A stretch of 53,315 nucleotides of DNA, from positions 1 through 53,315 of IMG/VR virus record IMGVR_UViG_3300032087_005336; one strand, 5' to 3'. The translations under genes were made by a program, and so were the position numbers. The stretch comes from a virus. Lineage: Duplodnaviria; Caudoviricetes. Positions 49,178 to 53,315 of the stretch are shown one piece after another. The notes beneath the pieces were generated by a model, which saw only the letters and a list, made by a program, of their open reading frames with translations, did not search any database and was not told the DNA's origin. The stretch's first letter is position 1. Each line of letters opens with the position of its first letter.

Positions 49178-49458
49178 CAAACTGCCTCCTGTTGTTGTTG
49201 CATAAGTTGCTCTTCAGTTACTTCATCTACACATTCTTGAATGACTTGGTAGATGTAATCAATGTTGCCAACATCATCAAAGATACGTTCAAGAACCTCA
49301 GGATCTTCTACAACATTATCATAATCAATCTCACCATCTTCATCCTTCAAATGACAATCTTCCTTGGTGTAAATCCATGCGGCACAGTATGCAGTTTCCC
49401 CTTGTTCTTCGATGAGAGTGTTAACGCGATCTTTCAGTTGTTGGAGAGTGTAGTTCAT
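49177..49458 (-). CDS. Acidic hypothetical protein
   Basis: 93-aa ORF (EQGE.AYCAAWIYTKED). Confidence 0.7.
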   Translation of the reverse strand: MNYTLQQLKDRVNTLIEEQGETAYCAAWIYTKEDCHLKDEDGEIDYDNVVEDPEVLERIFDDVGNIDYIYQVIQECVDEVTEEQLMQQQQEAV

Positions 49459-49498
49459 GATCAGTTTGAGTGCTTGAAGATGGAAAAAGAAGTTTTTG

Positions 49499-49696
49499 TT
49501 AGATTGTCTGCCATTCTTGTGCCTCCTTGATGTCAGAATCCCAATACTTTCTCATGATGCTGTTAATAACTGGATACCAGGGTTCGTTAGCACTAGGATA
49601 CCCACATTCTTGTGCTTGACGAAGAAACTTTAGGATGCAAGTCTCTTCATCTTGAGTGAAATTAACTCGATTGAGAGTGTAACCAGTGTCAGTCAT
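49499..49696 (-). CDS. Hypothetical protein
   Basis: 65-aa ORF directly behind early element C. Confidence 0.7.
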   Translation of the reverse strand: MTDTGYTLNRVNFTQDEETCILKFLRQAQECGYPSANEPWYPVINSIMRKYWDSDIKEAQEWQTI

Positions 49697-49779
49697 GAGT
49701 TGTGTTCCTTTGACTCTTATAGAATACAGGAGAATGGGGTCGTTTCAACCGATGGTGGACACTTCTCTCAACTGTCCAC
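49697..49779 (-). promoter_or_regulatory. Repeated early promoter/operator/leader element, copy C
   Basis: Perfect palindromic arms GTGGACA-N11-TGTCCAC (49755-49779), TATTCT -10, leader GAGTCAAAGGAACACA. Confidence 0.8.
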
Positions 49780-49968
49780 CTCCTCTCGCATTTGTTTAAC
49801 AATAGCAGACAAACTATCTGCTACATCAGACATCGCAGACCGCGAATATCCTGTTGCATAAGCATAACCTTGATCAGTACGATCTGGTGCTTCATGGCAA
49901 ACATTGACCGCATTATTCAGTCGGTCAATTAACATCACCAGTTGATCATCAATAGGAAAAATGTTCAT
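49768..49968 (-). CDS. Hypothetical protein
   Basis: 66-aa ORF (GYAYATGYSRSAM). Confidence 0.7.
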   Translation of the reverse strand: MNIFPIDDQLVMLIDRLNNAVNVCHEAPDRTDQGYAYATGYSRSAMSDVADSLSAIVKQMREEVDS

Positions 49969-50156
49969 CAGTCGAGGAGAGAAATGTCGTAGGAAGTAAA
50001 GTTAGGGTATTGTTTTTCTACCCATTTTGATAACTTTGTGTTCTGTGATTTAACTCCTTTGTGTGTTTTTGGTTTGGTGGGCATCACTTTGAGGAATGAC
50101 AATGATCCCTCGTCCGTTGTTACTTGGATCTGATAAGTTGCAGTGGTTGTTTTCAT
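49968..50156 (-). CDS. Hypothetical protein
   Basis: 62-aa ORF, TGATG-coupled to the next gene. Confidence 0.65.
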   Translation of the reverse strand: MKTTTATYQIQVTTDEGSLSFLKVMPTKPKTHKGVKSQNTKLSKWVEKQYPNFTSYDISLLD

Positions 50157-50320
50157 CGAGGTTGAACAACTTCGGCAGCATTGTAGAGACCATCAGCAAT
50201 AAATTGACGTGCTGTGGTGTTAGTCCAAAGAAGAACACCAACTCCACAAATTAACAAGAACTTCATGTGAATTTGCCTCAATTCAGAATAAGAACGTTGT
50301 TTGGAAAATGTTTTGATCAT
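50153..50320 (-). CDS. Small protein with hydrophobic segment
   Basis: Read by hand: ...MKFLLICGVGVLLWTNTTARQFIADGLYNAAEVVQPR; coupled to neighbours at both ends; alternative start 50266. Confidence 0.55.
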   Translation of the reverse strand: MIKTFSKQRSYSELRQIHMKFLLICGVGVLLWTNTTARQFIADGLYNAAEVVQPR

Positions 50321-50490
50321 CAGAGATCACCATACTCCATGAAAGTGTGACCCAACCAATCCTCAACATAAGCATAGGAATCAGATTCACAGTGCATAGA
50401 ATAGCACACATCTGCTGCTCTCTCGGCACCATAAACGATTTCACGTTCACCGAGAGCAGGGCAGGCAACGAGGTAGGTTCCAGTGGTCAT
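50320..50490 (-). CDS. Hypothetical protein
   Basis: Start reassigned to MTTGTYL (ATG 50488-50490) behind early element D. Confidence 0.7.
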   Translation of the reverse strand: MTTGTYLVACPALGEREIVYGAERAADVCYSMHCESDSYAYVEDWLGHTFMEYGDL

Positions 50491-50572
50491 GAGTGGTGTT
50501 CCTTTGACTCTTCTAAGATACACGATCTAGAGTGCCGTGCATATTTCGTGTGACACTCTGTCATCTGTCCCG
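50491..50572 (-). promoter_or_regulatory. Repeated early promoter/operator/leader element, copy D
   Basis: Imperfect palindrome 50549-50571, TATCTT -10, leader GAGTCAAAGGAACACC. Confidence 0.78.
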
Positions 50573-50881
50573 CCAGTGTTGAGTTTTGTCTAAAATCCAT
50601 CCTAGAGCACCAATTGCAAGGAGAGGTACAACAATCCACCAGTATTCTACTGCTAACCATATCATAAACAGAACGGCACAAAGTATTAACAATCCATTAG
50701 TATCTCCCATGGTAGATGAACCCCATCCATCCACTTCATGTAAATCTTGGACTTCACCTTCACTTACACAATATATGTCACAAATTTTTACTCTTGCAGT
50801 GTTCCAAGTTGGTGCTTGAACTTCTACTTCATAGATTCCAACATTATGCTCTTTGATTGTTGCTTTCCAAGTTGACATCAA
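50561..50881 (-). CDS. Small membrane protein
   Basis: Soluble N-terminus plus two C-terminal hydrophobic helices. Confidence 0.7.
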   Translation of the reverse strand: MMSTWKATIKEHNVGIYEVEVQAPTWNTARVKICDIYCVSEGEVQDLHEVDGWGSSTMGDTNGLLILCAVLFMIWLAVEYWWIVVPLLAIGALGWILDKTQHWRDR

Positions 50882-50915
50882 TCAGTCCTCCCAATGTTCG
50901 GAATTGTAGCACAGT

Positions 50916-51482
50916 TCAGGTGGCAAGTCTATACCCATAAGCAGTTTTTTGTTTCCCATTTAACATCATTGTGAAGTTTCCTCGGTTGATGTTCCTCTCT
51001 CTACAGAACTGTGATATATTCGTGCCTTCAATAATTTCTCCAGTTTCTATATCAATCACCTTAAAAGTTTTAGAGCAGGATATTGCTGATGCGGCAGAAC
51101 CTTTTAATCTGTGATCTTTCATCACATCTTCAGTTAATGAGTGAAACCCAAGTTTTCTTTTAACACATTCTTTGCCCCAAGATTTCAATATATTTCTTGT
51201 ATCTTCACTTGCAATTCTACCACTTACTCCATCACCACCATCAGTTCTGTTTCTTAAAATGCCCGTGTTATTGTCCTTTCTTCCATATAGGGCAATCATA
51301 TACATTTCGTGCTTCTTTGCATCATCATCCGAAAGATTTGTCTTTAGATATATTATTCTTGTTCTATCTTTTGGGGGTTTTACATCCCATCTGCCCCTAT
51401 TTGTAACTCGTTTTCCTTTACCCTTACCAATGTAGTAGGGCGTTCCATCTTCACGCAAATATGCGTAAGTGTAGTATTCCAT
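50916..51482 (-). CDS. GIY-YIG-like free-standing homing endonuclease
   Basis: YYTYAYL...PYYIGKG..KR, conserved E, LRNRTDGGDG; C-terminal HTH/NUMOD-like tail (ISQFCRE...KTAYGY). Confidence 0.8.
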   Translation of the reverse strand: MEYYTYAYLREDGTPYYIGKGKGKRVTNRGRWDVKPPKDRTRIIYLKTNLSDDDAKKHEMYMIALYGRKDNNTGILRNRTDGGDGVSGRIASEDTRNILKSWGKECVKRKLGFHSLTEDVMKDHRLKGSAASAISCSKTFKVIDIETGEIIEGTNISQFCRERNINRGNFTMMLNGKQKTAYGYRLAT

Positions 51483-51504
51483 CTGCTTTAATCGTGGTTA
51501 TTAG

Positions 51505-51512
51505 TATTTATT
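51505..51512 (-). promoter_or_regulatory. Late promoter (AATAAATA) for the endonuclease
   Basis: 22 nt upstream of ATG 51482, immediately after a terminator. Confidence 0.7.
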
Positions 51513-51536
51513 AAAAAAGGGATCTTACGACCCCTT
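51513..51536 (-). terminator. Intrinsic terminator with GNRA tetraloop
   Basis: AAGGGGUC-GUAA-GAUCCCUU followed by UUUU. Confidence 0.8.
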
Positions 51537-51564
51537 CGTTTGCTTAAACAACCACGATTAAGCA
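51513..51564 (-). ncRNA. Candidate ~50-nt small RNA complementary to the endonuclease leader
   Basis: Bounded by late-promoter-like CTAAATA (51569-51575) and the terminator; 5' GCUUAAUCGUGGUU is the reverse complement of 51485-51499 leader with one bulge; expression not shown. Confidence 0.45.
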
Positions 51565-51571
51565 TCAGTAT

Positions 51572-51961
51572 TTAGTCCCAACGTTCATAACTCCATTTGT
51601 TATTTGTCACGGAGTAATATACATCTTTAATGCCACAATCTCTCAGGTATGCTTCACATACTGGACACGGGCGAGCAATCCTTAATTCATCCTGATTGTG
51701 TCCACCCAAACGTGCAACAATGATCTTATCACCTTCCTCCCTTGCTTTCACTAATGCAGACAATTCTGCATGAAGAAAGATCTTTTGTGGTCGTCCTACT
51801 TTTTGTGCCCAATGTGCTTGAAGTGGATGAGATTTCTTCTCATTGTTAGTAGCACAGACAATTACTCGATTCTTTTTGAGTAGAATAGCACCAACTTTCT
51901 TCTTGGAAGGTGATGATGCTGCGATCTCAGTTGCAAGTTTGAAGAGGTTTTCCATCAACAT
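51572..51961 (-). CDS. Zn-dependent cytidine/dCMP deaminase-like protein
   Basis: VGAIL, HAE and PCPVC motifs. Confidence 0.85.
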   Translation of the reverse strand: MLMENLFKLATEIAASSPSKKKVGAILLKKNRVIVCATNNEKKSHPLQAHWAQKVGRPQKIFLHAELSALVKAREEGDKIIVARLGGHNQDELRIARPCPVCEAYLRDCGIKDVYYSVTNNKWSYERWD

Positions 51962-52362
51962 TCATCCGATTTGATACACGACGATTGTGCATAGGGATCT
52001 TCATCATTACACCAGAAATCTTCCCAATCAGAATTACTTGCTACCCCAACATTCTTCTCTTCGTAGTCATTTACGATTTTTCGATACATTTGCTGGGTCC
52101 AACCATCGTTGTAGGGTGAGTTCGCGTGAATCAATGCCTCATGGTATTCTTCTTCACTAATCAGGGAACGTGGAGGCAAACCATTCAACAAATCAAGAAG
52201 ATTCTGACACTTGTTTGAATACTTCTGGAAATATGCAAGAGAACTTTCTACTTCATTCTTGATGTCACGATACAACTCATCGGGTGTAGTATCTTCATCA
52301 CCAATGTAATCAAAGATTGCATCATTCAGACGTTCACGTCGTTGCTCTGAATACTCTTTCAT
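51955..52362 (-). CDS. Acidic hypothetical protein
   Basis: Start reassigned to MKEYSEQRRE (ATGA overlap with upstream stop). Confidence 0.7.
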   Translation of the reverse strand: MKEYSEQRRERLNDAIFDYIGDEDTTPDELYRDIKNEVESSLAYFQKYSNKCQNLLDLLNGLPPRSLISEEEYHEALIHANSPYNDGWTQQMYRKIVNDYEEKNVGVASNSDWEDFWCNDEDPYAQSSCIKSDEC

Positions 52363-52579
52363 TGAAAAACTCCGAATAGTTTGGTTGAAGAAATTGCAAG
52401 TAGAAATGTTAGCATAATGACAACATCCCAAGATTTAGTTCTGATGAAGAATGGAATAGAGATTGCATCAGCAATAAAGTGCATTACAACCCCTATTGTA
52501 ACATTAACATGAAGAACAACAAAATAGGCAAGGATAACCAGGATTGACCCGATTATCCTGCCCACAGTATCAACAGGCA
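52359..52579 (-). CDS. Small multi-pass membrane protein
   Basis: Three hydrophobic helices; start uncertain (TTG near 52579 avoids the long overlap). Confidence 0.55.
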
Positions 52580-53004
52580 AGGGCACCTTCAGGAATAGTT
52601 TCTTGCTTTCCATAGTTGTCATCCCAACTGCGAGTATTGTAGCAGATCCAACTGCCATTGCGGAAAATGTATCCGTATTCTTCACCATCTTCGATGAATT
52701 GCTTCAGGTTTTTATCAACCCGAGGAGGGCAATCCTCACCACGTCCGCTGTAGTATTGTGGACCGTATTCTTCAGATTCTTTATTCTCCATCACATATGG
52801 AGCAAGTTGCTTACCAGTCCAACGATCTTTTGTCCAGATAGATGAACAATCACCACCATCAATCAGTTCAGAAACTTTCTCTTTTGTTGTGTAATGTGTG
52901 TTCAGGATGCGACCAGTCCACTCAGGATAACCATCCCAGTGCTGGTAAATGCTGAGAATAGATTTGTCAGCAAGTTCAATACCAATGCGAGAACGAGTGC
53001 CCAT
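52570..53004 (-). CDS. Conserved phage hypothetical protein (YxHWDGYP motif)
   Basis: MGTRSRIG...IYQHWDGYPEW.G..L...EEYGYIF. Confidence 0.8.
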   Translation of the reverse strand: MGTRSRIGIELADKSILSIYQHWDGYPEWTGRILNTHYTTKEKVSELIDGGDCSSIWTKDRWTGKQLAPYVMENKESEEYGPQYYSGRGEDCPPRVDKNLKQFIEDGEEYGYIFRNGSWICYNTRSWDDNYGKQETIPEGALAC

Positions 53005-53044
53005 AATGAAGAAGAATTAGGTGAAAAGATGAACGAGGTTGTTG

Positions 53045-53236
53045 TCAGTCCCAGTCAAAAGTTGGGATCTTTGCAAGTGCTTCCTGTGCCCATTTTTCAG
53101 AATGAACACCAGCAATCCACGAAGTTTCAATCTGAGTTGGTTGATCACCACAACCAAATTGTGGACCGAGATCAGTCTTACGACCGACCCACATACGTTG
53201 ACCAGTAGTGAGGCAGGATGCTTGGGAAAAGATCAT
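53045..53236 (-). CDS. Hypothetical protein
   Basis: Start reassigned to MIFSQ (ATG 53234-53236) behind early element E. Confidence 0.7.
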   Translation of the reverse strand: MIFSQASCLTTGQRMWVGRKTDLGPQFGCGDQPTQIETSWIAGVHSEKWAQEALAKIPTFDWD

Positions 53237-53315
53237 TGGTGTGTCCCTTTGACTTCTATAGAATACATCACTGAGAGGCACCTACAAGGGTCTGTGTGCC
53301 ACTTGTTTCACCGTC
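53237..53315 (-). promoter_or_regulatory. Repeated early promoter/operator/leader element, copy E (cut by window edge)
   Basis: TGTGCCACTT... arm, TATTCT -10, leader AAGTCAAAGGGACACACC. Confidence 0.75.

Noticed and set aside
50050-50681. Track ORFs 50050..50247, 50283..50468 and 50487..50681
   Set aside because: Alternative frames overlapping better-coupled ORFs or an early promoter element
842-51482. Group I introns or inteins associated with the two endonucleases or the giant ORFs
   Set aside because: Flanking genes are intact, intergenic space is too short for an intron core, and no intein splice motifs were noticed
549-53208. All plus-strand ORFs in the track (e.g. 2194..2634, 24260..24970, 16562..16978)
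   Set aside because: They are antisense shadows of well-supported minus-strand genes and carry no recognisable motifs
44011-53315. Repeated elements as a CRISPR array or attC-like integron
   Set aside because: Spacing is irregular (0.4-3.9 kb), each copy has a -10 box and leader before an ATG, and no cas or integrase gene is in the window

Overview
This is a 53-kb fragment of a T4-like (Kyanoviridae-type) cyanomyovirus genome; every credible gene is on the minus strand. In transcription order (right to left) it has four parts. (1) About 53.3-43.7 kb: a dense early/accessory region of small ORFs (Zn-deaminase, GIY-YIG-like homing endonuclease, 2OG-Fe(II) oxygenase, many hypotheticals) punctuated by a repeated ~80-bp promoter/operator/leader element, plus a non-coding island at 44.75-45.07 kb with divergent sigma70 promoters and DnaA-box-like motifs. 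(2) About 43.6-40.1 kb: sigma70-driven genes for a glycosyltransferase-like protein, a flavin-dependent halogenase-like protein and tiny basic peptides. (3) About 40.0-9.9 kb: the late structural block gp25, gp6, gp7, a fibre, gp8, VrlC-like, gp13, gp14, gp15, gp16 with T4-type late promoters. (4) Below 9.9 kb: the variable island after gp16, with fibre/structural genes, a modular putative head polyprotein, an endonuclease-VII-type HNH gene and a protein with a capsid-targeting-like N-terminus. The most striking unexplained structure is a 90-bp cassette upstream of the GIY-YIG-like gene that looks like promoter, ~50-nt sRNA, terminator, second promoter, where the sRNA 5' end is complementary to the endonuclease mRNA leader. 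No tRNA, rRNA, CRISPR array or reverse transcriptase was seen. All family calls come from motif recognition and synteny by eye, not from database searches.
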